Positions 16,330-35,713 of a stretch of DNA of 64,000 nt are shown one piece after another. Every line of letters starts with the position of its first letter. The first letter of the stretch is position 1. The position numbers and the translations under genes were made by a program. Source of the stretch: Macrostomum lignano (Eukaryota); NCBI GenBank assembly GCA_002269645.1, contig NIVC01001920.1, forward strand, positions 67,673 to 131,672, read 5' to 3'. The notes beneath the pieces are model-generated. The model ran no database searches, had not been told where the DNA came from, and worked only from the letters and a program-made list of their open reading frames with translations.

Positions 16330-16775
16330 TCTGGAGTGACAGCGTGTTGTCTGGAGTGACAGAGCTGATGGTGTCGGAGTGATAGAGTTGGTGGTGTCTG
16401 GAGTGACATAGCTGATGGTGTCGGAGTGATAGAGTTGGTGGTGTCTGGAGTGAAAGAGTTGGTGACAGAGCTGGTGGTGTCTGGAGTGACAGAGCTGGTG
16501 GTGTCTGGAGTGACAGAGCTGATGGTGTCGGAGTGACAGAGCTGGTGGTGTCTGGAGTGACAGAGCTGGTGGTGTCTGGAGTGACAGAGCTGGTGGTGTC
16601 TGGAGTGACAGAGCTGGTGGTGTCTGTAGTGACAGAGCTGGTGGTGTCTGGAGTGACAGAGCTGGTGGTGTCTGGAGTGACAGAGCTGGTGGTGTCTGTA
16701 GTGACAGAGCTGGTGGTGTCTGGAGTGACAGAGCTGGTGGTGTCTGGAGTGACAGAGCTGGTGGTGTCTGGAGTA
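16330..16775. repeat. 24-bp minisatellite
   Basis: Unit CTGGAGTGACAGAGCTGGTGGTGT just after the STX6-like stop codon. Confidence 0.93.
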
Positions 16776-17189
16776 TTGCATTGGCTGCTGTTAGGAGTGA
16801 CAGATTCGAGGACATCTTAATTGATGGACTCAAACTTTTACTCATGAGCTACAAGTTACAATTTACTCTGAAAGCGCGATCTGAGTCGGCATAATTTCAT
16901 GCACCTGTGATTTGTAAAGCTTTGCATTTTAACCCCCTGCCTACTGCCAACGCTACTCGTAGTCAAGGTAGTTCCGAACTCAACAAGCCCTCCCAATAAA
17001 ATTTTGCACCTGTCAGCACGTGTCACCTTTGTCTGGGTCTGACTCACTTCCTTCAAAACTAAACTTCAGCGTCATTTTTAGTTCAAAATCAAAATAAAAC
17101 TACTATGAGTAGTAGGCATGTAGTGTGATAAAAAAATGCTAGTATTGTCGAATTCTTAGGTTGCGATTTACTTTTTCTGGCGCCAGAGT

Positions 17190-17915
17190 TGGCGCAAACC
17201 GAGTAGTCAATCTGGCGCAAACCGAGTAGTCAATCTGGCGCAAACCGAGTAGTCAATCTGGCGCCAACCGAGTAGTCAATCTGGCGCAAACCGAGTAGTC
17301 AATCTGGCGCCAACCGAGTAGTCAATCTGGCGCAAACCGAGTAGTCAACCTGGCGCCAACCGAGTAGTCAATCTGGCGCAAACCGAGTAGTCAACCTGGC
17401 GCCAACCGAGTAGTCAACCTAGCGCCAATCGAGTAGTAAATATGGCGCCAATCGAGTAGTCAATATGGCGCCAATCGAGTAGTCAATATGGCGCCAATCG
17501 AGTAGTCAATATGGCGCCAATCGAGTAGTCAATATGGCGCCAATCGAGTAGTCAATATGGCGCCAACCGAGTAGTCAACCTGGCGCCAGTCTAGTAGTAA
17601 ATCTGGCGCCAACCGAGTAGTCAATATGGCGCCAACCGAGTAGTAAATCTGGCGCCAACCGAGTAGTAAATCTGGCGCCAACCGAGTAGTCAATATGGCG
17701 CCAACCGAGTAGTAAATCTGGCGCCAACCGAGTAGTAAATCTGGCGCCAACCGAGTAGTCAATATGGCGCCAACCGAGTAGTAAATCTGGCGCCAACCGA
17801 GTAGTAAATCTGGCGCCAATCGAGTAGTCAATCTGGCGCCAGTCGAGTAGTCAATCTGGCGCCAGTCGAGTAGTCAATCTGGCGCCAGTCGAGTAGTCAA
17901 TCTGACGCCAATCGA
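17190..17915. repeat. 23-bp minisatellite
   Basis: Unit CTGGCGCCAACCGAGTAGTCAAT with variants. Confidence 0.95.
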
Positions 17916-18609
17916 GTTAGTGTAGTGAACGCTGACCGGCTAACCTGAGTCGGGTTCGGCAGCGCTATCAGTGCTTAATTAAAGTTTTGCAAGCAGTCTA
18001 CTTTACAAGCAGAGGGCCTGCGACCCTCAGCTGTGCCTGGAAACCGCTGGAAGGAATGCGACTGGCATCGAGTCCTATGAATACTGATCAGCATTGGTAA
18101 ATTAACTCACGGCTATAAATAGTACCGAGCAGGTGCAGGCAAATTCAGATAGCATATTTTTGTAAAGAGCAGCCCAATTGAACTCCATAATTCAAGCTCG
18201 CAGGCAAAGATAAGTTGAGTCAACATGAGCAGCCCGGTCCCTGAGAGGTGAGCAGTTAGAGTTCTGCTTTAAACAGCAGTTTGGAATTCACCCAGCAAGC
18301 AAGCGATTAGAATTCATTTTAGCTACTGCTGAGGCTCTTAACTGAGAAATTCATTCCCACTGCTCAGCTCTGCTAAAGGCTATGCGCGACTAAAAACTAG
18401 TCTCAGTTAAAACAAATTATGCTTTTTAATGAAACAGAATTTTTAGTTGGACTGCAGCAGCAGAGTTGACGCTACCTCATGACAGCTGGATGCGACAGAT
18501 GACTTATTGAGTTGCGAGGAGCGTTGTGAGAGACGCGCCAGCTGCCATGCAGGGAGCAACTATTGCTGTCAGATGGTCAGAGCACTGCTCACCTGCTTGT
18601 CTGCCTTAA

Positions 18610-19050
18610 CAGCTCACTGCTCACGAGTGCACAGCTCATATCTCACAGCTCATATCTCACAGCTCACAACTCACAGCTCACAACTCAAAGCTCACAACTC
18701 ACAGCTCACATCTCACAGCTCACATCTCACATCTCACATCTCACAGCTGACATCTCACATCTCACAGCTCGCATCTCACAGCTCACATTTCACAGCTCAC
18801 ATCTCACATCTCACATCTCACATCTCATAGCTCACATCTCACAGCTCACATCTCACAGCTCATATCTCACAGCTCACATCTCACAGTTCACAGCTCCCAT
18901 CTCACAGCTCACATCTCACAGCTCACATCTCACAGCTCACATCTCACAGCTCACATCTCACAGCTCACATCTCACAGCTCACATCTCACAGCTCACATCT
19001 CACAGCTCACATCTCACAGCTCATAGCTCACATCTCACAGCTCATAGCTC
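18610..19050. repeat. 7-bp repeat (CTCACAG/CTCACAT)
   Basis: Alternating CTCACAG and CTCACAT units. Confidence 0.9.
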
Positions 19051-19554
19051 AAAGTTTACAGCTGGCAGCCAGCTGCCTACCAGGGGATTATTGATGACAT
19101 GAAGGGCAGCCATTCGTGATTTCGCCTGTTGATCAGCCACCCGCAGCCCAGTTGATTGCGGAGTTCCGGGCGCCCCGGACACGCCGGAAAGTGAGTTGAC
19201 GGCGGAAGACATCAGAAAATGCAGTTTATGCAGCAGATCCGCTCGCATCCGGTGCGTCCTCAAGCTGTGAATCCGGGAATCCCTGCCCCACTTCAGCGCT
19301 GCTCCCTTCCAGACCGCTCATGGTTGGCTGCTGGGCTTCCCAACTGACTTTTGCTGCTTCAATTGGATGCTGAACTCTCCATCCATGCTTTATTTGGCTG
19401 CTCATGGCTTACTCTGGTTTACTGCGATTCTCCTCCGCGATTCTCCTCCGCGATTCTCCTCCGCGATTCTCCTCCGCAGCTGAGCCGGTAGGCATCGGAA
19501 GAACTCAATTGTGAGTGCTGTGTGCTGCGCACGGACTGCGGCTTGACTGCTGCC

Positions 19555-21140
19555 TCCCTTCTCTCCATGTCTACCATCTGTCTCACCTCTCTCCATCTCT
19601 ACCATCTGTCCCACCTCTCTCCATCTCTACCATCTGTCCCACCTCTCTCCATCTCTACCATCTGTCCCACCTCTCTCCATCTCTACCATCTGTCCCACCT
19701 CTCTCCATCTTGTCTACCATCTGTCCCACCTCTCTCCATGTCTACCATCTGTCTCACCTCTCTCCATGTCTACCATCTGTCCCACCTCTCTCCATGTCTA
19801 CCATCTGTCCCACCTCTCTCCATCTCTACCATCTGTCCCACCTCTCTCCATCTCTACCATCTGTCCCACCTCTCTCCATGTCTACCATCTGTCTCACCTC
19901 TCTCCATGTCTACCATCTGTCCCACCTCTCTCCATGTCTACCATCTGTCCCACCTCTCTCCATCTCTACCATCTGTCCCACCTCTCTCCATCTCTACCAT
20001 CTGTCCCACCTCTCTCCATGTCTACCATCTGTCTCACCTCTCTCCATGTCTACCATCTGTCCCACTTCTCTCCATCTCTACCATCTGTCCCACCTCTCTC
20101 CATCTCTACCATCTGTCCCACCTCTCTCCATGTCTACCATCTGTCCCACCTCTCTCCATGTCTACCATCTGTCCCACCTCTCTCCATCTCTACCATCTGT
20201 CCCACCTCTCTCCATCTCTACCATCTGTCCCACCTCTCTCCATCTCTACCATCTGTCTCACCTCTCTCCATCTCTACCATCTGTCCCACCTCTCTCCATC
20301 TCTACCATCTGCCTCCCCTCTCTCCATCTCTACCATCTGTCCCACCTCTCTCCATCTCTACCATCTGTCCCACCTCTCTCCATCTCTACCATCTGTCCCA
20401 CTTCTCTCCATCTCTACCATCTGTCCCACCTCTCTCCATCTCTACCATCTGTCCCACCTCTCTCCATGTCTACCATCTGTCTCACCTCTCTCCATGTCTA
20501 CCATCTGTCCCACCTCTCTCCATCTCTACCATCTGTCCCACCTCTCTCCATCTCTACCATCTGTCCCACCTCTCTCCATCTCTACCATCTGTCCCACCTC
20601 TCTCCATCTCTACCATCTGTCCCACCTCTCTCCATCTCTACCATCTGTCCCACCTCTCTCCATCTCTACCATCTGTCCCACCTCTCTCCATGTCTACCAT
20701 CTGTCCCACCTCTCTCCATCTCTACCATCTGCCTCCCCTCTCTCCATCTCTACCATCTGTCCCACCTCTCTCCATGTCTACCATCTGTCCCACCTCTCTC
20801 CATCTCTACCATCTGTCCCACCTCTCTCCATGTCTACCATCTGTCCCACCTCTCTCCATCTCTACCATCTGTCCCACCTCTCTCCATCTCTACTATCTGT
20901 CTCACCTCTCTCCATGTCTACCATCTGTCCCACCTCTCTCCATCTCTACCATCTGTCCCACCTCTCTCCATGTCTACCATCTGTCCCACCTCTCTCCATC
21001 TCTACCATCTGTCCCACCTCTCTCCATCTCTACCATCTGTCCCACCTCTCTCCATCTCTACCATCTGTCCCACCTCTCTCCATCTCTACCATCTGTCTCA
21101 CCTCTCTCCATGTCTACCATCTGTCCCACCTCTCTCAATC
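19555..21140. repeat. 28-bp pyrimidine-rich minisatellite
   Basis: Unit CTCTCTCCATCTCTACCATCTGTCCCAC, ~56 units; source of the spurious 500-600 aa ORFs. Confidence 0.97.
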
Positions 21141-21375
21141 TCTCCCTCTCCCCTATCTCTCCCCACTCTCCTCCTATCTCTCTCAGATCTCCTCTATCTC
21201 CCCCCCTGTATCTCATCGACCTCTTCCTCATCCTCCATCTCCCTTCATCTCTTTCTCTCCTTCTCTCCCCATCTCTCCCTGTGGGTGAGCTCTGTGGGCA
21301 GTGAATTGCGGAACGTCATCAAAGATTTTCCCTAAAGAAGCAGCCACCGAATTCGCCCGCAGACCCGATTCCGCC

Positions 21376-28572
<7,197 letters not shown>

Positions 28573-28681
28573 GATGTGCGTCTTGCGCAATTGCAGTTTG
28601 ACGGAGCTTCTAATCGCTGATTTTACTTTTCCCTGAAGAGGGAGGCGAAGCGGTCCATATGGCTGATTCCTTGGTGTGCTA

Positions 28682-28985
28682 AGTGAGAAATTCCCCAGTG
28701 TTGAGTGAGATATTCCCCAGTGTCGAGTGAGATATTCCCCAGTGTCGAGTGAGATATTCCTTCAGTGTCGAGTGAGATATTCCCCAGTGTCGAGTGAGAT
28801 ATTCCTTCAGTGTCGAGTGAGATATTCCCCAGTGTCGAGTGAGATATTCCCCAGTGTCGAGTGAGATATTCCTTCAGTGTCGAGTGAGATATTCCTTCAG
28901 TGTCGAGTGAGATATTCCTTCAGTGTCGAGTGAGATATTCCCCTAGTGCCGGGTGAGATATTCCTTCAGTATCGAGTAAGAAATA
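28682..28985. repeat. 22-23-bp minisatellite downstream of K2P stop
   Basis: Unit GAGTGAGATATTCCCCAGTGTC and its CCTTCAG variant. Confidence 0.9.
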
Positions 28986-29384
28986 CCCCGCGTCTAAGTT
29001 TTCCATTCCGTAGATAGGAAATTCGTCGATCGTCGTCAGGAATGGGAGCCCACATTATTACTCGTTTGTAAGAACAATCCAACAAGTGAGGCTTGCAGAT
29101 CCAAAAGCTTCTATGAAATGAGAAATTCCCCATATGATGCAAGCTGCATGACCGCTAAGTCTCGTACAGCCAAAGTCCAGAGTGTTGTTGCCTAAATTGT
29201 TAAATATTTCTATGAAAGAATCAATAAAACAGACTGGATAGCGGTGGATGTCACTTTGCATGAGTCAGTAGATGCAGTAGTCTACTGGGACATTTCGCAC
29301 GAAATTCACTAAAAATCTATGAAATTTTTTATTTGTTTTGAGACGGCTTCAGATATTTTAAACAGCGGCATTTTGATATAAACG

Positions 29385-29915
29385 AGTTGACAGCAGTGGA
29401 TACCTATGCCGCGTTTGAATTGCAGTGTGGATACTCTATGCCAGTCAATTGGCTGAACTGCCGCGTTTGCATTGCAGTGTGGATACTCTATGCCAGTCAA
29501 TTGGCTGAACTGCCGCGTTTGCATTGCAGTGTGGATACTCTATGCCAGTCAATTGGCTGAACTGCCGCTGTTGCACTGCAGTGTGGATACTCTATGCCAG
29601 TCAATTGGCTGAACTGCCGCTGTTGCACTGCAGTGTGGATACTCTATGCCAGTCAATTGGCTAAACTGCCGCTGCTGTATTGCAGTGTGGATACTCTATG
29701 CCAGCCAATTGGCTAAACTGCCGCTGCTGTATTGCAGTGTGGATACTCTATGCCAGTCAATTGGCTAAACTGCCGCTGCTGTATTGCAGTGTGGATACTC
29801 TATGCCAGCCAATTGGCTAAACTGCCGCTGCTGTATTGCAGTGTGGATACTCTATGCCAGTCAATTGGCTGAACTGCCGCTGTTGCACTGCAGTGTGGAT
29901 ACTCTATGCCAGGCA
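29385..29915. repeat. 52-bp minisatellite
   Basis: Unit TGCAGTGTGGATACTCTATGCCAGTCAATTGGCTGAACTGCCGCTGTTGCAC, ~10 units. Confidence 0.93.
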
Positions 29916-30574
29916 ATGAAATACCTTTAAAAGAGGAAAGCTTTAAAAAACCAGTGCACGCAGGTTCTCACAGATTTACCTGTACCCCAATGAAAAGGTA
30001 TACCTAGGCCGAGAAGCGTCCCTGAGTCGTTGCAGACGCAGGTAAAATAGGAAAGAAGTGACTCTGAACGACTCCAAAAACGACGAGATACCACGGTAGT
30101 CTACTAGCCTACTAAGCTAGAAGTTAAGCGCCAACACAAAGATTTCTGGAGCACTGTTTCGCGACTCCTACGACTCTACAACTCACGTGACGCGCTTTGT
30201 GGCGCCAAAGTCACCTCTCCGCGTTGCACCAGATGCGCTTTAGTCATTAAAAAATTGAGTCACAGACGTCGCCCCAGAGTCGCTACAGCCACTAGCGAGT
30301 TGTTTGCAACGACTTCCTGCCACAGTATGGCCTTTTCAAAGGGTACCGCATGCACGAACGGCCATATGAATTACCTCTGTAGCTATGAATTGAAGAACAG
30401 ACTAATTTTGCAAGCATGCAGATTCAAGTCAAGCATTGCTAGCGACCTTATTCGAAACTGAGAGTTTAACAGGGCAAAGTCTTGATCAGATAAGAGACTG
30501 GTGCTCGTATTTTCAATCTTTAGTCAATTAAAGACTGTCTTGAGTCGACAGGAACGGCAGGGGTTCATGTACAT

Positions 30575-30725
30575 TTCGACGCTCGACACAGAGGTTCACG
30601 AGTCAAGGACAGACCGTGTCCAGTCCGACGCTCGACACAGAGGTTCATGAGCCAGGGACAGACAGTGTCCAGTCCGACGCTCGACACAGAGGTTCATGAG
30701 CCAGGGACAGACAGTGTCCAGTCCG
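30575..30725. repeat. 49-bp repeat x3, with a dispersed direct copy at ~34443-34548
   Basis: Unit CGACGCTCGACACAGAGGTTCATGAGCCAGGGACAGACAGTGTCCAGTC. Confidence 0.85.
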
Positions 30726-30812
30726 ATGCTCACCCGTCACCCACAAAAGTCCATGCACAAGATGGGACCAAGGACGACTTAAGTAGGACGGGAAACCTCG
30801 TTTCTTGGGAAA

Positions 30813-31407
30813 TTTTTGAAGGCAGGCTTTTCCGAAAAAATACGGAGACAGGAAGTTTTCATTTTTTAGCACAAAAACTGTTATTGCTTTTGATTGGAGG
30901 CAGATCCAGTGTTCATCTTTTGATATGTTGTGCCTTTCTTATTGCTCTATCGATATTCATAAAGCTTTCGTTCAAAGAATTAGGATTATATGTTAATTTT
31001 TTATTCTACGTACATTTGCACGTATCTTGTGCCTAAAAACCATTAAAATGCCACGGCCCAGCTCTTTGGTTTTTTGAATATATTTTGTCATTCTTAGCTG
31101 ACTCATGGGTGCCATGTAACAAATATTTGTAACAGAGATGATAAAATAGATTCATGAAACCAAAGATTGGAGCTGTGCCATGCATTTTTATCATTGTTAG
31201 GTACAGGAAATGTACGTAGAATAAAAAATTAACACGAATCCTAAATTTCTAAACAAAAAGCTTTATGAATATCGATCGATAGAGCAATAAGAAAGGCACA
31301 ACATATCAAGAGATAAACATTGGATCTGCCTCCTGTCAAAAGCAATAACAATTTTTCTGCTTCCTATCTCCGTAGTGTATTTTTTCAAAAAAGCCTGCCT
31401 TCAAAAA
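30813..31407. mobile_element. MITE-like foldback element
   Basis: ~205-bp imperfect inverted arms (30813-~31020 and ~31203-31407, termini TTTTTGAAGGCAGGCTTTT / AAAAGCCTGCCTTCAAAAA) around an AT-rich spacer. The uninterrupted target sequence is present, inverted, at ~34385-34415. Confidence 0.65.
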
Positions 31408-31431
31408 GGGGATGTGAAGTTAAGAACCAAA

Positions 31432-31820
31432 ATGGAGCCTGAAGCATCGGGTCCCGATTTCTCTACGCCAATCCCTTCATTTGGAGCCAAATAGCTCCCG
31501 TTATGCCGAAAACCCGACCACTTTAGCATTTGGGGATCTCTGTGGGGAGAAATGGGATAAATGGGGATTTCATGTGAACTTAAGGCTCTAGAATGGAGCC
31601 TGAAGCATCGGGTCCCGATTTCTCTACGCCAATCCCTTCATTTGGAGCCAAATAGCTCCCGTTATGCCGAAAACCCGACCAGTTTAGCATTTGGGGATCT
31701 CTGTGGGGAGAAATGGGATAAATGGGGATTTCATGTGAACTTAAGGCTCTAGAATGGAGCCTGAAGCATCGGGTCCCGATTTCTCTACGCCAATCCCTTC
31801 ATTTGGAGCCAAATAGCTCC
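31432..31820 (+). repeat. 161-bp tandem repeat (~2.4 units); inverted copies at ~34065-34380
   Basis: ATGGAGCCTGAAGC recurs at 31432, 31593 and 31754; reverse-complement units lie upstream of the BEL/Pao gag. Confidence 0.9.
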
Positions 31821-31873
31821 TTTAAAATTAGCAAAAGAGCAAACGTCAAAACAAACATTTAATCTATTTAAAC

Positions 31874-31912
31874 TGCCGACGCGTTTCGTCCAAAGCGGAC
31901 ATCTTCAGGGCA
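31874..31912 (-). ncRNA. Minimal type I hammerhead ribozyme motif (inverted copy)
   Basis: Exact reverse complement of 32306-32344. Confidence 0.7.
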
Positions 31913-32305
31913 AACGAACCATCGAAAACACAAACGAGAATTTATTTAAATTAAATCGAAAAATATTGAGCGAACAAAAACAGAAAGACAAAAAACAAAA
32001 GCAGTTGTTCAAGGTGATGGATGGATGTAACAATGTTAGAAAACTAAAATTGTTGGAGGCTACGTACATTAGGAAGTACAATCCTAGCTTAAACGTTCAG
32101 CTTGTGAGTAAAGGTGTGGAGCAACAACTCAGAATTTTTTGATCTCGTGCGCGGTGGTGAAGTGGGTGCACCCTCTTAACTGATTGGTTTGTTAGTCAAA
32201 AGTTTACAATATGTACATGTTTTTTCGTTCTTTCTGTTTTTTGTTCGCTCAATATTTTTCGATTTAATTTAAATACATTCTCGTTTGTGTTTTCGATGGT
32301 TCGTT

Positions 32306-32344
32306 TGCCCTGAAGATGTCCGCTTTGGACGAAACGCGTCGGCA
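32306..32344 (+). ncRNA. Minimal type I hammerhead ribozyme motif
   Basis: TGCC-CTGAAGA-T-GTCC(GCTTT)GGAC-GAAACGCGTC^GGCA: core CUGANGA/GAAA, stem I UGCC/GGCA, stem II GUCC/GGAC, palindromic ACGCGU stem III, GUC cleavage triplet ending at 32340. Confidence 0.75.
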
Positions 32345-32434
32345 GTTTAAATAGATTAAATGTTTGTTTTGACGTTTGCTCTTTTGCCAAATAGCTCCTG
32401 TTATACCTCCTGGCCGGTATATGGATCGGGGCTG

Positions 32435-34004
32435 CTAGTTGGTCGGAGGCGAGGGATGTGATTGTCCAGCGACGGCTGTCTGGGGCCTGGAGGTCGAAAC
32501 TGACGAGGTCCGCAGTGATCTAACGCGGAAGAACGAGTACGAGTGTAAGGTGGAGGTGGCTATCGTGAGTCTCTTAGCGGCTTTGAGACCAAGGTTGTGG
32601 GCAACAGTGCCGTCGAGATGCGAGTATGAGCAGCCAGAGTCGAGAATCGAGAAAAATTGTGCAGTCGACGGAGCGGCCATCTTTCGGGTTGACGGCCTTC
32701 GCCCGGAAAGTAGTCATGGTGGTCGGCACGAGACCTCCGTCGGCTGCGGCAGAGACTTGGGAGTTGGCTGTTTCTTTGGAGTTGGTGTCAGCCCGAATTA
32801 ACGTGGGCATTTTGGCCTGTCTTAGGCGAGCGATGGCTGGAGCGAGCGCTGTCGAAGGTGGCCCCGTGCAGCGAGGTGTGATGTGGGGCGTCGCACACAC
32901 GACAGTGTCGGGTTTCGCGGCAGTCCCTGGTGTGGTGTCGGCGAAGGCAATTGTCGCGAAGGTTCTTGTTTAGAACTGTTTTAAGCTGGTCATCGGGCTT
33001 GCGGATGTTGCAGCAATAAGACATGGTGGCATGGTCGGAAGTGTCGCAATAAAGGCATGGGCGGCTGGGCTTCTGCTGCTGCTGGTTGGCGGTGGAAGCG
33101 AAGCATTCGGAGGGACGAGGCGAGGGGTTTGCGCCCGTGCGAGAAGTGGTGGACCTGAAGCTGTGCCATAGTGGGCATGACAGGCTGCCCGTTTGCAGCA
33201 CGGCGGTGGCGGATCTCGTTCTGGAGCTCGATCGGGAGGCGGCTCCATAGGGCTTAGACGTGGCTTTCGAGGGTGCAGTGAGCTCGCCAAGGCCGAGAAG
33301 TGGGCCGATAGCGAGTCGGAGGGCGTTGGTGAAGGTCTCAAACTCGTCTACGTTGAAAGCGAAGCTGCATAATAGCGCGAGGCGTTGGAAGCAGGCGTTC
33401 TTCTGCTCCTGGGCGTCGGCGCAGTTAGCCTGGAGGACGCGGCAGGCCTCAGCATAAGCGATGGGTTGGCAGGCATCAAGGGCGCCCAGCTTTCTGAGGG
33501 CGGGGCCGAATAGCAGACTGCGGAGTGGTTCGAACTTGTCGACGTTGAGACTGGATTGGTCGACGCGGTAGAGGAAGGCGTCCCAGAACCCAGGGAATGC
33601 GGCAGGATCGATGCCGTCGAATGTTGGGAGACGAACCTTCTGGAGGACATTGGAGCGGATGAGAGCGGCCGGATCGCAATCAATCGTAGCGGACGACGAC
33701 GCAGATGTCGGGGCAAGATGGGTATTAGCAGCGAGCTGTTCTATTAGCAACTGAATCTGCTGCATCATCGCAGTCATGGAGGTGAGAGGGCGTGACAGGT
33801 GCAGCAGGTGATGAGACAGTGTTTGGGGATGAGACGGGAGGATCCATAGTCGGGGGCAGCTGACGTTACAGGCGGTGGGCCGCTGGGTTCGATGTGCGGC
33901 TGCCCCGCGGCAGAGGCCGCTTCAGCAGAGGCTGAGGTGTAGTCGTCCTGGGATTGATGGATCTGGTCACCAGATGGGTCAGTCTTTCATCGCGTGATGA
34001 CCAT
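32435..34004 (-). pseudogene. Decayed BEL/Pao LTR-retrotransposon gag-protease fragment
   Basis: KVRLPTFDG..FPGFWDAF..KFEPLRSLL (DUF1759-like gag), Cys/His knuckles CLYC..H and CRVCDAPHHTSLH, and aspartic protease IFLDSG split by frameshifts. No RT or integrase present. Confidence 0.8.
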
Positions 34005-34064
34005 GCTAACGCTCAGGTAATCTGTTCACCTCGTCATTTAAGGATTGGAAGCTCCTTGAGTCTC

Positions 34065-34380
34065 AAGTTCACATGAAATCCCCATTTATCCCATTTCTCC
34101 CCACAGAGATCCCCAAGTGCTAAAGTGGTCGGGTTTTCGGCATAACGGGAGCTATTTGGCTCCAAATGAAGGGATTGGCGTAGAGAAATCGGGACCCGAT
34201 GCTTCAGGCTCCATTCTAGAGCCTTAAGTTCACATGAAATCCCCATTTATCCCATTTCTCCCCTCAGAGATCCCCCAGTGCTAAAGTGGTCGGGTTTTCG
34301 GCATAACGGGAGCTATTTGGCTCCAAATGAAGGGATTGGCGTAGAGAAATCGGGACCCAATGCTTCAGGCTCCATTTTGA
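34065..34380 (-). repeat. 161-bp repeat, inverted copies (~2 units)
   Basis: Reverse complement of 31432-31820 units; the match extends to 34440 versus 30772-30812. Confidence 0.88.
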
Positions 34381-34612
34381 CTCTTAACTTCACATCCCCT
34401 TTTCCAAGAAACGTTTCCCGTCCTTCTACTTTAGTCGTCCATGGACAGACAGTGTCCAGTCCGACGCTCGAAACAGAGGTTCGTGAGTCAGGGACAGACC
34501 GCGTCCAGTCCCATGCTCACCCAAAAAAGTCCATGAACAAGATAGGGCATGCCTCACGCTTACATGGTAAACTTTTATTCAAGCAAAGCTGGCTGCTTCT
34601 TGACCTTGAAAG

Positions 34613-35052
34613 TAGTGTCTCAGTAGTGTCTCAGTAGGGTCTCAATAGTGTCTCAGTAGTATCTCATTAGTGTCTCAGTAGTGTCTCAGTAGTGTCTCAA
34701 TAGTGTCTCTGTAGTGTCTCAGTAGTGTCTCTGTGATTGCCTGAGCTGTGGATTCCTCCACAGCCTGGCCAGGGTCTACCGCTACCACTGACTAATGTTA
34801 TTTTGCACTGTTAGTTCCCCTCACTGACTCATCTTCTGCACACTCCCACCATTCGTACGAGTATGTTTCGCGCCACAGCACGCCTTTCTATGTTGGGGCC
34901 CAGGAGCCCCCAAATATATAGTCAAACCGGACGCCACGGTCCGGGCTCACTACACTTACTTCTGTCTGCCACCCGGGAGCCACTTCCCAGTGCAATAGCT
35001 ATTAAAGACTTCGTTCTCAAGTCATTACAGTCTCAGTAGTGTCGCAGTAGTA
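34613..35052. repeat. 11-bp minisatellite (AGTAGTGTCTC) interrupted by a solo LTR
   Basis: Units at 34613-34731 and 35030-35052. Confidence 0.8.
34732..35029 (+). mobile_element. 298-bp solo-LTR-like insertion
   Basis: TGTGAT...ATTACA termini, 5-bp direct flanks GTCTC (34727-34731, 35030-35034), internal AATATATA and ATTAAA. Confidence 0.6.
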
Positions 35053-35462
35053 TCCATCGAAAAAATGCAAAACTTGAAATCCAACTTAAATGTAAGCAAG
35101 GCGTCGGTTTTGAGTGAAGGTCACGTGCTCTGTTTAAAAATCTTGATAAGAATGCCGGTGGCAGAAATTTAATTTTGCCTGTCAGTCAGCCAGAAGCCAA
35201 GCCAGCTGACAGATCAGTAAAAGTGCAAGCAATTCGCATGAGTAAAATTCGCAGGCTAAACTCAAGCTTCATCGTAGAAACAAATCGGACCTTCTGGTCA
35301 ACTTGGGAGGGCACAGAATTTAGCTCATTATATGCAATTTCGCATAGCTAAGTACATTTGAAACGCGAGATTTTCAAATCAGTAAATATCACCATGGAAT
35401 ATCATCACCTACAGTGATTTCATTCAGGAACGTTCGATAGACAGAAATTACCGCAGAAACGA

Positions 35463-35713
35463 AAGCAATCATGGGTGCCAGCTGGTGACAGCACATTACT
35501 CAGACAGCAATCATGGGTGCCAGCTGGTGACAGCACATTACTCAGACAGCAATCATGGGTGCTAGCTGGTGACAGCACATTACTCAGACAGCAATCATGG
35601 GTGCCAGCTGGTGACAGCACATTACTCAGACAGCAATCATGGGTGCCAGCTGGTGACAGCACATTACTCAGACAGCAATCATGGGTGCCAGCTGGTGACA
35701 GCACATTACTCAG
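35463..35713. repeat. 42-bp minisatellite (~6 units)
   Basis: Unit GCAATCATGGGTGCCAGCTGGTGACAGCACATTACTCAGACA. Confidence 0.93.

Larger units (their letters stand above)
31821..32385 (+). mobile_element. 5'-truncated Penelope-like element with inverted pLTR tail
   Basis: 32008-32142 encodes FKVMDGCNNVRKLKLLEATYIRKYNPSLNVQ...*, resembling a PLE GIY-YIG C-terminus. 31831-31988 and 32229-32387 are near-perfect inverted copies, each with a hammerhead motif. Direct flanks GCCAAATAGCTCC at 31808-31820 and 32386-32398. Confidence 0.75.

Noticed and set aside
19042-19330. Possible minus-strand first exon (MSSAVNSLSG...NNPL|GTAGGC)
   Set aside because: No in-phase downstream exon or recognisable domain found.
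19515-21335. 500-600 aa ORFs (SLHLYHLSHLSP...)
   Set aside because: Translations of a stop-free 28-bp minisatellite, open in all three frames with no unique domain.
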